Of a DNA stretch of 54,762 nucleotides, positions 26,598 through 36,403 are shown in pieces (positions within the stretch are counted from its first letter, which is position 1; every line of letters starts with the position of its first letter). The translations under genes were made by a program, and so were the position numbers. Source of the DNA: Desulfurococcaceae archaeon (GTDB lineage Archaea; Thermoproteota; Thermoprotei_A; Sulfolobales; Desulfurococcaceae); contig JAWBBW010000008.1 of NCBI GenBank assembly GCA_038824035.1, positions 1-54,762 of the forward strand, given 5' to 3'. A model generated the notes under the pieces. That model ran no database searches. It saw nothing but the letters and a program-made list of their open reading frames with translations, and was not told the DNA's origin.

Positions 26598-28136
26598 TTG
26601 TGGACACCTATAGAGATTAAAAAGATATGGCACTTGACGTTTGAATACAGCGGTATTGTGAAAGTAGGGGGTTTGGCTGAAGCCGTGAGAACGATGACAC
26701 AGGCGCTCGCAAACAGCGGTTTAGAGGTATTGGTTTTAATGCCCTCTCATGGAGTTCACTTGAATCCTAATAGGGGCTTTGACCTGGTTCCACTTGATTT
26801 CCAAGCATGCGGGGATAGAATAGGTATTGATGGCAATAAGTATCATTACTGCATAGGAGCGGAGATCGCGAGACTTGGCAATGTGAACGTGGTTTTGTTC
26901 AAGGGCCTTGATACCCAGACGGGCCTGGTGTTCGATTCCAGGTATCCGTATGAGAACATCGAGGAAAAGGCATCATTGTTCACCAGGGCAGTGGTGGCGT
27001 TTGCTGAGAAATACGGGTTACCAGATCTCGTACATGTGCATGACTGGCACTCTGTTTTGGCTGGAGTTGCATTGAAGGATCTCGGGGAGAGAAAGGGGGT
27101 TTCAATACCATTGGTCTACACTATACATTTATCATCAACCAGGTGTTTTCCATGGCATTACGCATCAGTTGATTGGTCCGGTATCCACGATAGACATCAC
27201 CCTGTTTGGAGAACATGGAAACATGAATGGTTCAGGTATAGCGATGTATGGGACTCTGTTTATGGATGCGTAGAGGCTTTTGGAGTGCTCGAAAGTGACT
27301 TGATCACAACAGTTAGCCACGGATATCTAGAGGAGTTACTTGGAAAGTATGGTTACTGGCTTAGGGAGAAATCATGTGTCATATACAATGCCGTTGACTG
27401 GCGCGTAGAGGACACGATTAATTGGCTCTTAAGAAAATACAATACGGCAAACAGAATTGACACGAGATGGAGAGTTGTCGACGACGTAGATAGTTATTGC
27501 CGCGACAAAGTGGGCTGGATTGAGAAACGGGGTCCGTTGTTCCTAGTGATCGGGAGGCTGTCTCATCAAAAAGGAATAGACATAGCTTTGAACGCGCTCA
27601 AATACACCAATGATTTCAGATTGATCGTGCTTGGCACATCGGTCGGTGATCGTGGGTATGAATTCTATTTAAACAGCCTTGTAGAGGGATTGCCCGGTAG
27701 AGCAGTGATATATAGATGCACGCCTCCGCTGGATTATCTGAAAGCCCTGTACTATGTTTCAACAGCTACATTGGTTCCCTCGAGATGGGAACCTTTCGGC
27801 ATAGTAGCGGTGGAATCCATGTCGATGGGTACACCTGTCATAGCCTCCTCGACTGGTGGTTTAGGCGAAATAGTCGTGGATCTAGGAGTTAATCCACAAG
27901 ATGCTACTGGCATACTTGTGTCCACGGGAGATATCGCGGGTTTTGCCAAAGCCATGGAGCGGTTGGCTTATTTAATAGAGATAGATAAAGAGAGTGGGGA
28001 TAAAATTAGGAACAATTGCATTAGGAGAGTTGATATGTTGTTCAGGCCATGGAGGATCAGAGATATGACCTTATCGTGTTACGAGAAAGCAAGGTTAATG
28101 GCGTTTTACAGGGCTCATGCAGGGGTTTATAAATGA
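26598..28136 (+). CDS. glgA: Glycogen synthase (GT5/GT4-like)
   Basis: KVGGLA, HVHDWH, TVSHGY, GRLSHQKG and PSRWEPFG. Confidence 0.88.
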   Translation: MWTPIEIKKIWHLTFEYSGIVKVGGLAEAVRTMTQALANSGLEVLVLMPSHGVHLNPNRGFDLVPLDFQACGDRIGIDGNKYHYCIGAEIARLGNVNVVLFKGLDTQTGLVFDSRYPYENIEEKASLFTRAVVAFAEKYGLPDLVHVHDWHSVLAGVALKDLGERKGVSIPLVYTIHLSSTRCFPWHYASVDWSGIHDRHHPVWRTWKHEWFRYSDVWDSVYGCVEAFGVLESDLITTVSHGYLEELLGKYGYWLREKSCVIYNAVDWRVEDTINWLLRKYNTANRIDTRWRVVDDVDSYCRDKVGWIEKRGPLFLVIGRLSHQKGIDIALNALKYTNDFRLIVLGTSVGDRGYEFYLNSLVEGLPGRAVIYRCTPPLDYLKALYYVSTATLVPSRWEPFGIVAVESMSMGTPVIASSTGGLGEIVVDLGVNPQDATGILVSTGDIAGFAKAMERLAYLIEIDKESGDKIRNNCIRRVDMLFRPWRIRDMTLSCYEKARLMAFYRAHAGVYK

Positions 28137-29614
28137 TGGAATTCCTTGACAAACTTGTCAACCACATTTCTACTAGCTACTCCCCGGAATGGGGCTCTGG
28201 TGGTTTATTCGGGTTGAAATACCATAGAGGAGTGCTTTACTATACATTGTCCTTTGAAGCAAGGGCCTATTTCATATACAGAGATGGTGTCGAGGTATAT
28301 GGGTTTGAGCAATTGGGTAAACCGCCCAGGTGTGGTGGAGATACATATAATGCCGTCACAGCTGTTGACAACGAGATATATTTCGGAGGATGGATTCACG
28401 CACCTGTTGAGATATACGAATTCGGTGGACTCAGGTCCATTGATTTCAGGAACAAGTATAGCCATATACACAGATATGTCATTGATGAGCACAGAGTTGA
28501 GTTGATGTGGTCTGAGAGTATACACGATAGGGATAAATGGGCTGGGGAGATATCCGAATTACTGTATGATCCACTGAGAGATAGTATCCTCGTGGCCCGT
28601 GCTGATGGACACGTGAATCTCGGTGTATATGAACTGGATAGGGATGGCAAGGTGTTTAGGAAAATTAGCGAATTACCGGCATTAAAGGGCGCCTTATACA
28701 TGGATCACGCGTGCTTTGACATATCCGACTTTGCCAGGATAAGGGGGTTTCAATGCATAGATCTGGATTCCGCTAAGGTCGATACATACATGTTGCCAGA
28801 CAAAATATCGGAGCTGTCAATAGATGGGCATGGTGTTAAGGAGTATTCATCTGGATACGCTGTGCAACTACATGGCAGATATCTCCACTTTGTCAAAGGG
28901 GGATTGTTTATCGGCAATCCACTGGATCCTGGGTTCGAGAAACCGGTTTTTGTGAGGCTCTTGGATTTCGGTAGACTCTCTCTATCACCTAGGAGAGCTA
29001 ATGCAACGATACTCGCCGGCGGCGTGTTAGCACCTTACAGTAGTTACGTAGAGGCCGCGATCAATATACCCGGAGATATGGATCGATCTGAGGCCAAGTT
29101 GTTGAACACCGCTATATCCCCATCAATACTGCTCTATATTTCGCCACCCATGGTAAAGGTGGTCGGAGTGTTCGGGTCTAGGATAACATCCATAGAGAAG
29201 GCTGGGTCGAGGATATTGGTGGGTTATAACACAGTGGCAAATCTAGGTGGCCACGACATTTTAAAGGTGGATATAGGCATGAAGGGTATAACCGTTATTA
29301 ATGAGGAGACATTATTATACAATACACCTCCCTTGATCATGAGAATACCCGGATACGTGTTAGAATCCAATGTGTTTGGCGGAATACCCCTGACTGGTTA
29401 TAGGGACAAAAGAATGATCTTGTACTCGGATTCCACTAATGAACTAGAGGTCTACGAGTATTTATTAGGTCCTCCACCGGTGTTGCTGAGCAAAGAACGC
29501 TATGACATAGACATGGGTAAAAACATTGTCGAATTGAATGGTTTCCACGGCATTATATCCTTTAAACTCGGGAAAATGAGTGGAGTGCAAAACATGGTCA
29601 TTGAATTGTCGTAA
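28133..29614 (+). CDS. Conserved crenarchaeal protein (DUF2139-like), coupled to glgA
   Basis: PEWGSGGLFGLKYH, GGDTYNAV, FGGWIHAP and WAGEISE; ATGA overlap with glgA. Family assignment is from memory. Confidence 0.65.
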   Translation: MMEFLDKLVNHISTSYSPEWGSGGLFGLKYHRGVLYYTLSFEARAYFIYRDGVEVYGFEQLGKPPRCGGDTYNAVTAVDNEIYFGGWIHAPVEIYEFGGLRSIDFRNKYSHIHRYVIDEHRVELMWSESIHDRDKWAGEISELLYDPLRDSILVARADGHVNLGVYELDRDGKVFRKISELPALKGALYMDHACFDISDFARIRGFQCIDLDSAKVDTYMLPDKISELSIDGHGVKEYSSGYAVQLHGRYLHFVKGGLFIGNPLDPGFEKPVFVRLLDFGRLSLSPRRANATILAGGVLAPYSSYVEAAINIPGDMDRSEAKLLNTAISPSILLYISPPMVKVVGVFGSRITSIEKAGSRILVGYNTVANLGGHDILKVDIGMKGITVINEETLLYNTPPLIMRIPGYVLESNVFGGIPLTGYRDKRMILYSDSTNELEVYEYLLGPPPVLLSKERYDIDMGKNIVELNGFHGIISFKLGKMSGVQNMVIELS

Positions 29615-29675
29615 TTAAGACATGGAATAATGAAGTGTTGAGAAGGAGAAAAATAAGGGAATAGCCTTACTTGCC

Positions 29676-30011
29676 TTAACCCCACTTGCCCTTCTTCATA
29701 TGGGTTTCTAACTCGGCCATGATTTTCTGAATAGTGAGAAGCGCGAATTCTTTTTCCTCGTTAAATATTTTCAAGCACCCTGGATCCAAATTATCCTGTA
29801 TACCTTTCTCAGCTATGTCTAATAACTCTCTGAGAAGTGTTAAAGCCCTCATGTGTAGGTAATTGGATAGTCTTGACCTTGTGACGAGGCCTAATTCCTG
29901 CTCTGTTAACTGCTTGAACTGTTCACGAGAGGCGCCGCACTTGGGGCATTTCTCGGGTGGTTCAGGTGCTTCATATATTAATCCACATACCTGGCATTTC
30001 CATGCCTTCAT
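29676..30011 (-). CDS. Rubredoxin-like domain protein with helical C-terminus
   Basis: MKAWKCQVCG...PPEKCPKCGA..F; C-terminal LDPGC...AELETHMKKGKWG. Confidence 0.85.
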   Translation of the reverse strand: MKAWKCQVCGLIYEAPEPPEKCPKCGASREQFKQLTEQELGLVTRSRLSNYLHMRALTLLRELLDIAEKGIQDNLDPGCLKIFNEEKEFALLTIQKIMAELETHMKKGKWG

Positions 30012-30187
30012 ATTTGTTCCCTGTTTATTTTTAACATTATGAAATATAAAAGTTTTAATGATTCTGTGAAATAAGTTAAGATCCGTTATCAATTCTACAT
30101 GTATGATGGTTTTATTAACTAATCGATTTTTTAATCACTTCTATGCGATAATATACTAGGCAATGACCACGCCATCGTGGTGAGCAA

Positions 30188-30949
30188 ATGCAGGATGTCA
30201 TGACATATGTCTTGATACATGGCCTGATAGCGGCTTTTTTCACAAGCCTCGGTTCCATGGCTGTTCTGATCAAAAGGGTTATTTCAGAGAGATGGGTCAA
30301 GAGTAGCCTTGGGTTTGCAGCAGGTGTGATGCTGGTCACTAGTTTCACTAGCCTGATACTACCAGCAATGGATTATGGCTATTATGTTGAAACGGGGATA
30401 GGTATATTGTTAGGGCTTTTGTTAATAGTGTTCATGGACAAGGTCATACCTCATCAACACGATATCGTTGGTTACGAAGGACTCTCCGTTTTCAAGGGGA
30501 AATGGCGTAAAACCTGGCTGTTGATCATAGCTATGATCATTCATAACATACCAGAGGGGTTGGCCATAGGGGTTACAACGGTTTATGATAAACTACTCGG
30601 TTTCTCAACCACGATTGCCATAGGCATACAGGACATACCAGAGGGTGCAACGGTGTCCATACCATTAATGTCCATTGGCTATAAGCGGTCAAAGGCGATT
30701 GCGATAGGCATTATTAGTGGTCTTGTCGAACTCTGTGCAGCGTTGATATCAGCACTGTTGTTTTACCAAGGAGGCTTGATCCTAGGTCTCGGCATGGGGT
30801 TGGCCGGTGGCGCCATGATATATGTAGTCGTCGAGGAGTTATTGCCAGAGATCTTTCATGAGAAAAGCGGGGATAGATTATATTCAACGATAGGGTTCTT
30901 TGTGGGCTTCTATTTAATGCTTTATCTGGAGCTCCTCCTGGGTAAATGA
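30188..30949 (+). CDS. ZIP family (GufA/ZupT-like) divalent metal transporter
   Basis: GFAAGVML, HNIPEGLAIG, QDIPEG and GGAMIYVV..ELLPE. Confidence 0.9.
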   Translation: MQDVMTYVLIHGLIAAFFTSLGSMAVLIKRVISERWVKSSLGFAAGVMLVTSFTSLILPAMDYGYYVETGIGILLGLLLIVFMDKVIPHQHDIVGYEGLSVFKGKWRKTWLLIIAMIIHNIPEGLAIGVTTVYDKLLGFSTTIAIGIQDIPEGATVSIPLMSIGYKRSKAIAIGIISGLVELCAALISALLFYQGGLILGLGMGLAGGAMIYVVVEELLPEIFHEKSGDRLYSTIGFFVGFYLMLYLELLLGK

Positions 30950-31039
30950 CCTGGTTTAAACCATTCTACACATATCGTAACATTTTCATAGTTACTTACC
31001 ATTAGATGGGTGAACTACTGGTTGAATCAACGGATCGGG

Positions 31040-31315
31040 TTACTTGGATTTGAAGATCTTTGTTGACAATAACGTGATGGCCCATATTGTAGTGGTTAAT
31101 GCGATTAGCAATATGCTTAGAATCAAAGCGTTCCACGATAATTCCAGGAATACCCCTTCTTCGAAATAGTTGAAAATAGAGTCAATTAAAAACATTACAG
31201 CAGCTCCGCTTGATATTGATGCTAACACATCTAGCCTGTACTTATCTCTGAACCGGGCTCTACGCCAAAGAACGCTCGATATTATTGCCAACATGGCCAG
31301 TGTTATTTGCCACAT
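31040..31315 (-). CDS. Small membrane protein (about 3 TM)
   Basis: Hydrophobic ORF with a GGTG SD; co-oriented with the adjacent membrane gene. Confidence 0.65.
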   Translation of the reverse strand: MWQITLAMLAIISSVLWRRARFRDKYRLDVLASISSGAAVMFLIDSIFNYFEEGVFLELSWNALILSILLIALTTTIWAITLLSTKIFKSK

Positions 31316-31338
31316 ATTAATTCACCCAACGACGATTA

Positions 31339-31734
31339 TCACGGCTCAAAAGTAGTGATCATTTTCTTCAAAGCCTTGACCTCGAGAACTAGTCTTCTTG
31401 AAAATACAAGTGCCCCAAACCACGTGGCTATTACAGCAAGACTCATAAAGCCCCCTGAAATGCCTATTTCATGGAGTATCACTGATACATCAATGGGATT
31501 TTGCATAGCCGTGAGAAATGGAGGGTATGTAACTATCTCGCCATGCCACGCGTGTTCTGCTATGAGTATTAATGCACCTCCGATCAACATATATGCCAAT
31601 ATATTGAGCTTTAGCTTATCGCGTAGAGATTTACTCGTTTTACTCAGAATACCAACCACTACACCTATTACTAATGGTGTTATGAAACACGCCAATTTCA
31701 TCCCCCTGTACACATTTCTAATAGATAAGTGCAC
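31339..31734 (-). CDS. Small membrane protein with EHAWHGE...PPFLTAM...HE motif (start probably near 31700)
   Basis: Three hydrophobic segments and a His/Glu-rich motif. Confidence 0.7.
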   Translation of the reverse strand: MHLSIRNVYRGMKLACFITPLVIGVVVGILSKTSKSLRDKLKLNILAYMLIGGALILIAEHAWHGEIVTYPPFLTAMQNPIDVSVILHEIGISGGFMSLAVIATWFGALVFSRRLVLEVKALKKMITTFEP

Positions 31735-31914
31735 TTTTAAACCTTATAAAACAATGATATCAAACACGAGCATTACTATATAGTCCATGTACCTGGTTAA
31801 TGCAAATGTCTTATATAACTCATCGCCTGATCCAGGGAAAAGAGGCAATTTTAATTGGTTGGGATCAGAATGTATTATGAATACATTAAAGGGTAAAAAA
31901 GGATTTTGATTAAT

Positions 31915-32046
31915 CTATTCAAAGGGTTTCTCCTGTTTTATGGAAACATCTCTGCCAGCTGACCAATAAACAATTAGTAACCACACCAATGTCCCAATCA
32001 TACACACTGCTAGTATTAACCACCATTTGAATGGAAAGGCTGACAT
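31915..32046 (-). CDS. Unannotated 43-aa single-TM protein (candidate NSS transporter small subunit)
   Basis: MSAFPFKWWLILAVCMIGTLVWLLIVYWSAGRDVSIKQEKPFE*; strong SD GAGGTGA 4 nt before the ATG. Confidence 0.7.
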   Translation of the reverse strand: MSAFPFKWWLILAVCMIGTLVWLLIVYWSAGRDVSIKQEKPFE

Positions 32047-32050
32047 GTTT

Positions 32051-32164
32051 TCACCTCTTTTCAATCTCCCTTATTCTCTTTTCCATGTCTATTGCTCGAT
32101 ACCATGTGTAAAATGCCAGTCCCACGATGATCCACATTATTGCGAAGAATATGACCCATGTCAT
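32051..32164 (-). CDS. Unannotated 37-aa single-TM protein (candidate NSS transporter small subunit)
   Basis: MTWVIFFAIMWIIVGLAFYTWYRAIDMEKRIREIEKR*; its ATG overlaps the TGA of the transporter (TGATG). Confidence 0.7.
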   Translation of the reverse strand: MTWVIFFAIMWIIVGLAFYTWYRAIDMEKRIREIEKR

Positions 32165-33669
32165 CAAGATCTCCCTGTCACCTTTAGTTCTTTTTCAATG
32201 GCTTTGCTCACAAAGAACCACAACATAACCGCGCCTATCGCTAACATGAGGAATCCTGGGAATGTATAGTAAGTGTATGCTCCTTCACCCCAGCCCTTTA
32301 TCCACTCCCAGTACACGATCCACCATGAGAAGAAGATCATTGGTATCACTATGTTAGCCCTGACCAGGATATCCCACCACTTACCAAGCTTTATGAATGG
32401 TTTTATATCCATGTCCATCACTTTCTCTCTAATCCTAGCCGGGTTTGACCAGAAACCCACTATCAGCCCTATGAACACCAGACCTATTGATAATCCAACA
32501 ACACCCCAGACTGTGTCATAGTAATCCAACCACGTATGGCTTAACGCAGTTGGAGCGCCCACCACAATGGCTAATACGCCAGTGATAACGGCTGCGAGGT
32601 GTGTTTTCAAACCAAAGTCCTTTAGAGGCCTCATTGTAATTTCGTGGATCGTTATTAAGCTAGTGAACGCGGCGAACCAAAAAGCTAGGAAAAATACCAC
32701 TGCATAAACCTGTCCAAGGGGCCAACTCATATGCCTGAGTAATTGCGGTAGAGTTACAAATGCCAGGCCCGTTCCAGCGGCCTTTATGTCTTCATATGGA
32801 TTGGCCGATATGGCGAATATTAATGGTATTATAGCTGTCCCAGCCAACCAAGCCACTGCTGTATCATTCACAATGTTGCCAAAGGATGCAAAGGTGAGAT
32901 CATCATTTCTCCTCATCCAGGCCCCTGCACAGATCATGAAACCCCAGGCAATTCCAACACTCCACAACACTTGTGATAGAGATTGCATCCATGTGGCTGG
33001 GTCTAATAGGGCCTCGATCCTAGGTACCATATAAAACTCTAGGCCCTTAATAGCACCGGGCAATGTTGTGGTGAAGATGGCTAGCCCTAGTGTGAGCATG
33101 AATAGTATTGGAAACATGAATCTACAGACTTGTCCAATCCCCTTGATCCCGAACGCGTTGACCACTATGCTTAAAGCCATCATCGCTGACCCTATTCCCA
33201 GTGCTAGCGGTGTTTCACCAAAGGATTGCCAGAAAATCATGGAATTAAAACCTGGTGTCCAGAACGTGCCGATGATCGAGTGTAATAGGTAATAAAATAT
33301 CCAGCCATTAACTACCCAGTAATAACACATGATCATGAAGTCACACCAAGCCATCCACATGCCTCCAAAAGCCGCTAATTTCTTGTTTCTCTCGCTGAAA
33401 TTGTAGGGACCGTGAATGGGTCCGCCACGACCTATCTTGCCAATAGAGTACTCTGCTATGCACATGGGCAAGGCCACTATGGCTAGCCATATTAGATATG
33501 TCAGTAGAAACGATCCACCGCCGTAGTTGGCAGCTCTCCAGGAAAATCTCCAGTAATTGCCTGATCCCGCCGACCAGCTAACCACTGTCATCAACATAAC
33601 AAAACTTGACCAGAACTTTTCAATGGTCCTCGCAATTAGATTGTCAGGGATCTTGAATGATCCAGCCAT
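32164..33669 (-). CDS. Sodium-dependent transporter, NSS/SNF (LeuT-like) family
   Basis: SAGSGNYWRF, NYGGGSFL, AEYSIG, QVLWSVG, GTGLAFVTLP and FAAFTS; about 12 TM. Confidence 0.9.
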   Translation of the reverse strand: MAGSFKIPDNLIARTIEKFWSSFVMLMTVVSWSAGSGNYWRFSWRAANYGGGSFLLTYLIWLAIVALPMCIAEYSIGKIGRGGPIHGPYNFSERNKKLAAFGGMWMAWCDFMIMCYYWVVNGWIFYYLLHSIIGTFWTPGFNSMIFWQSFGETPLALGIGSAMMALSIVVNAFGIKGIGQVCRFMFPILFMLTLGLAIFTTTLPGAIKGLEFYMVPRIEALLDPATWMQSLSQVLWSVGIAWGFMICAGAWMRRNDDLTFASFGNIVNDTAVAWLAGTAIIPLIFAISANPYEDIKAAGTGLAFVTLPQLLRHMSWPLGQVYAVVFFLAFWFAAFTSLITIHEITMRPLKDFGLKTHLAAVITGVLAIVVGAPTALSHTWLDYYDTVWGVVGLSIGLVFIGLIVGFWSNPARIREKVMDMDIKPFIKLGKWWDILVRANIVIPMIFFSWWIVYWEWIKGWGEGAYTYYTFPGFLMLAIGAVMLWFFVSKAIEKELKVTGRS

Positions 33670-33829
33670 GGTTCATCCCTTGGATAGGAAAATATCTTAC
33701 AAGAAAGGCAAATATATATTTTTTATGGATTTATGGATTATTTACGAAGAGATGATAGTGTATAAATATTGTGGCAATTAAAGGGTTTATTACTAAATCG
33801 AAGAAGTGGAATCATGATCATTAATGCGG

Positions 33830-35179
33830 TTATTTAAGGGATGTGTTATGAACGAGTGTTTCCCCACCCCGTAGTTTTTCAATCAATGCATCAAGTATAT
33901 GGAAAGTTTCATCACTCATCAATGACCTGTTGTTCAATAACATAGATAGAACTTTTCTCAGCAATCTCCTCGTGTTCCGCTCTTTAAGATACCTCGATAC
34001 TTCCTCGGGCGATATAGAGGCGGTTTTCACGAGGTCTCTTAAGGCCTTGGAGATGACATGGCTCATGGTATATATAGCGTCATCTTTTATATTGCTAAAC
34101 ATGTCCTCGAGCCTTTTGACATATACCTCTAGCTTTGTTACAGCTTCCCTAGTACTTTGATCCAGGATTTTCTTCAACTCTTCTCCTAGGCCATCAGTTA
34201 TCAATAAAGCTGAGGACTTTGCATCGTATAAGTATTTAACATTCATGGCATCCGGGTAGTGATCAGACTCTAATTCCACTAGTAATGGGTTCTCGGGATC
34301 CCCTGTTTTCACGAAAGCAAAATACGATCTAATGTCAAGCCTGGTCTTCACCTCCACGTGGATATCCCGTAGTGGCTTAATACCCCGTAGTGGTGGAACC
34401 CGGTATTGCAATAACCTAGCCGTCTCACTCCAAGTGTATAGCTTTCCCTCGGTATCCCTGGCCATTAGGGCATAAAGCCTGTATTTATCATATTCGGCTC
34501 CAATAGGATAGGGGGGTTTAGTGATAGCTGGTTCCACGCCCTCCAATATAAACGTGAATGTCCAACCCCTGTACTTATCCAGCTTCTCATACAGCCCCTC
34601 TTTCTCAGCGAGAACATCGCCTATTGCCACGTATGGATTTACGATCTGGTCTAACTGTTCCACTATTAGTTTGCCTTTCTTGTAATACATATTGTGTAAT
34701 GCATATCTTGTTGCAAAAATCCATCTACCCAATAATGGGTTGAAATAAGCAGTTAATTGCCATCCATCTATCCTTTCAGAGACCTCAACTGGTATTAAAT
34801 CACCATATTCGTTCTCTGGAAGACCCGGGGATTTAGCGTAGCTAAGTGCCTTGTTTATTGGATATGCAAGAATGTGTTTGGGCATCTCCTTTTCAAACAA
34901 TATAATTGTGCCAAATGCGTGAAGCGAGGCAGGGAACACTTTGAATGGCACTTTGGGGCTCCAGGAATATATACAGATGGATACATCACCTTCGCTCACG
35001 CATTTCTTTTCAATACTTTTCCCAAACACCTGGTTATACCTCTCTACAACCACATCCAGTTTCTTAGTGGGCTGTCCAAGTAGCTCGCCAATGGTCTTGA
35101 TCTCCTCTTCTCGTGGAGTGTAATTCTCGTATTGAACCTTATAGATAAAACTCTCTATTGAGAAAATCCTGTTGGCCAT
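33830..35179 (-). CDS. Hypothetical protein with degenerate T4 Rnl1-like RNA ligase fold
   Basis: ILAYPINKA, VSERIDG, WIFATR, WTFTFIL and LYALMARD..G follow the order of Rnl1-family motifs, but catalytic positions are substituted. ATG 35179 after a GGTGG SD. Confidence 0.55.
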   Translation of the reverse strand: MANRIFSIESFIYKVQYENYTPREEEIKTIGELLGQPTKKLDVVVERYNQVFGKSIEKKCVSEGDVSICIYSWSPKVPFKVFPASLHAFGTIILFEKEMPKHILAYPINKALSYAKSPGLPENEYGDLIPVEVSERIDGWQLTAYFNPLLGRWIFATRYALHNMYYKKGKLIVEQLDQIVNPYVAIGDVLAEKEGLYEKLDKYRGWTFTFILEGVEPAITKPPYPIGAEYDKYRLYALMARDTEGKLYTWSETARLLQYRVPPLRGIKPLRDIHVEVKTRLDIRSYFAFVKTGDPENPLLVELESDHYPDAMNVKYLYDAKSSALLITDGLGEELKKILDQSTREAVTKLEVYVKRLEDMFSNIKDDAIYTMSHVISKALRDLVKTASISPEEVSRYLKERNTRRLLRKVLSMLLNNRSLMSDETFHILDALIEKLRGGETLVHNTSLK

Positions 35180-35674
35180 TAAACCACCTGGTTGAAATCT
35201 TCGCAACCAGTTATTTTTACCTTTAATGCACTCGATCTACGCGATGTCTTTAGATCTCTCGGTGAGGTTTTTCTAAAACCATTACTCGTTGATATATAAT
35301 TGCCATAGTTATGCCCACGTAATGTGGAGATACTACAGCGTTGATATCGTCTGTGTAAGAGACACCCCTATGGCTGGCCCAAACAAGTTAGGGAGTGGAG
35401 AGTTAGGTACAGGATCATTGGCCGGTGCAATACCGGCTACACTCAATGCTCACGATGCATTGTTGAACACTACGTGGACACCATACATGCAGAGCCAGAT
35501 CACGCTGTTGTTGAGAGGGTCATGTGTTATTTCATCGAGCAATGTTCACCGTATGTTTCTACACATTCACGTATTACACATGGGTCTTGTGATGGCTAGG
35601 TGATTAATCTGTTTAATTAAGTGTTCTTTAAATAATCCTGGCCTCAAAGTAAATAATAGATATAAGGTGTTCAC

Positions 35675-36364
35675 ATGCTTGAACATTTCGAGACAGAGGC
35701 CTTGATCAGGGAAACCATGTACACATTGCTACTTTTTGCATGGGTATTGATTGTTGTGGGGCCTCTCACCAAGTATATATACGTGCTCATGAGGAGAAAG
35801 GGCATATCGCATAACCAGGCTGTTTACTACAACAGAAAGATCATACACATGTTGGCGGGGGGACTCGTGTCGTTGATTATACCATTGCTTGGATACACCT
35901 CTCCAACCACGATATTGCCAATGCTTGTACTGTTATTCCTTGCCACGTATTTACCGCATAAGACTGGGAAATTGATGTATTGGTTCCAAGACCCAGAGAA
36001 CATTAACGAGGTGCATTTCGTGATCATGTGGGGCGTTGTCATGGTGGGTTCCTGGGTTATTTTCGGGGATTGGAGATTCGGCGTTTTACCGGTATTGTTC
36101 ATGTCTTTCGGTGATGGTGTTACCGGTATTGTAAGAAACACCATGTATAATAAGAGGAATAAGTCATGGATAGGGAACATAGCCATGGCCTTGGTCACGG
36201 TCCCGCTTGGATATATCTTGATGAATATCCCCGGTGCTCTAGCCGGCTTGGCATCCAGTATCGTAGAGCATTTCGAGATACACAGCAAGGTGGATGACAA
36301 CATCGCCATTCCACTGGTTAGTTTCTCGATAATAATGTGTTCTCGTGTGCTAGGGTTTATATAG
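35675..36364 (+). CDS. Polyprenol/dolichol/phytol kinase-like membrane protein
   Basis: NRKIIHM, SFGDGVTG, KSWIG and DDNIAIP. Confidence 0.8.
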   Translation: MLEHFETEALIRETMYTLLLFAWVLIVVGPLTKYIYVLMRRKGISHNQAVYYNRKIIHMLAGGLVSLIIPLLGYTSPTTILPMLVLLFLATYLPHKTGKLMYWFQDPENINEVHFVIMWGVVMVGSWVIFGDWRFGVLPVLFMSFGDGVTGIVRNTMYNKRNKSWIGNIAMALVTVPLGYILMNIPGALAGLASSIVEHFEIHSKVDDNIAIPLVSFSIIMCSRVLGFI

Positions 36365-36403
36365 GATCCCCAGTATTTTATCAAATCAATTAATAGGAGT
36401 TAA

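Noticed and set aside
31869-31887. AATGTATT-ATG-AATACATT inverted repeat as an operator
   Set aside because: AT-only, single occurrence and next to a terminator-like tract; it cannot be assigned.
35385-35450. GCCGGT-GCAAT-ACCGGC hairpin resembling a tRNA T-arm
   Set aside because: No TTC loop, D arm or anticodon arm; a single 6-bp stem can occur by chance.
35289-35603. 104-aa ORF in an intergenic region
   Set aside because: No SD, no recognisable motifs and atypical composition; a decayed gene cannot be excluded.
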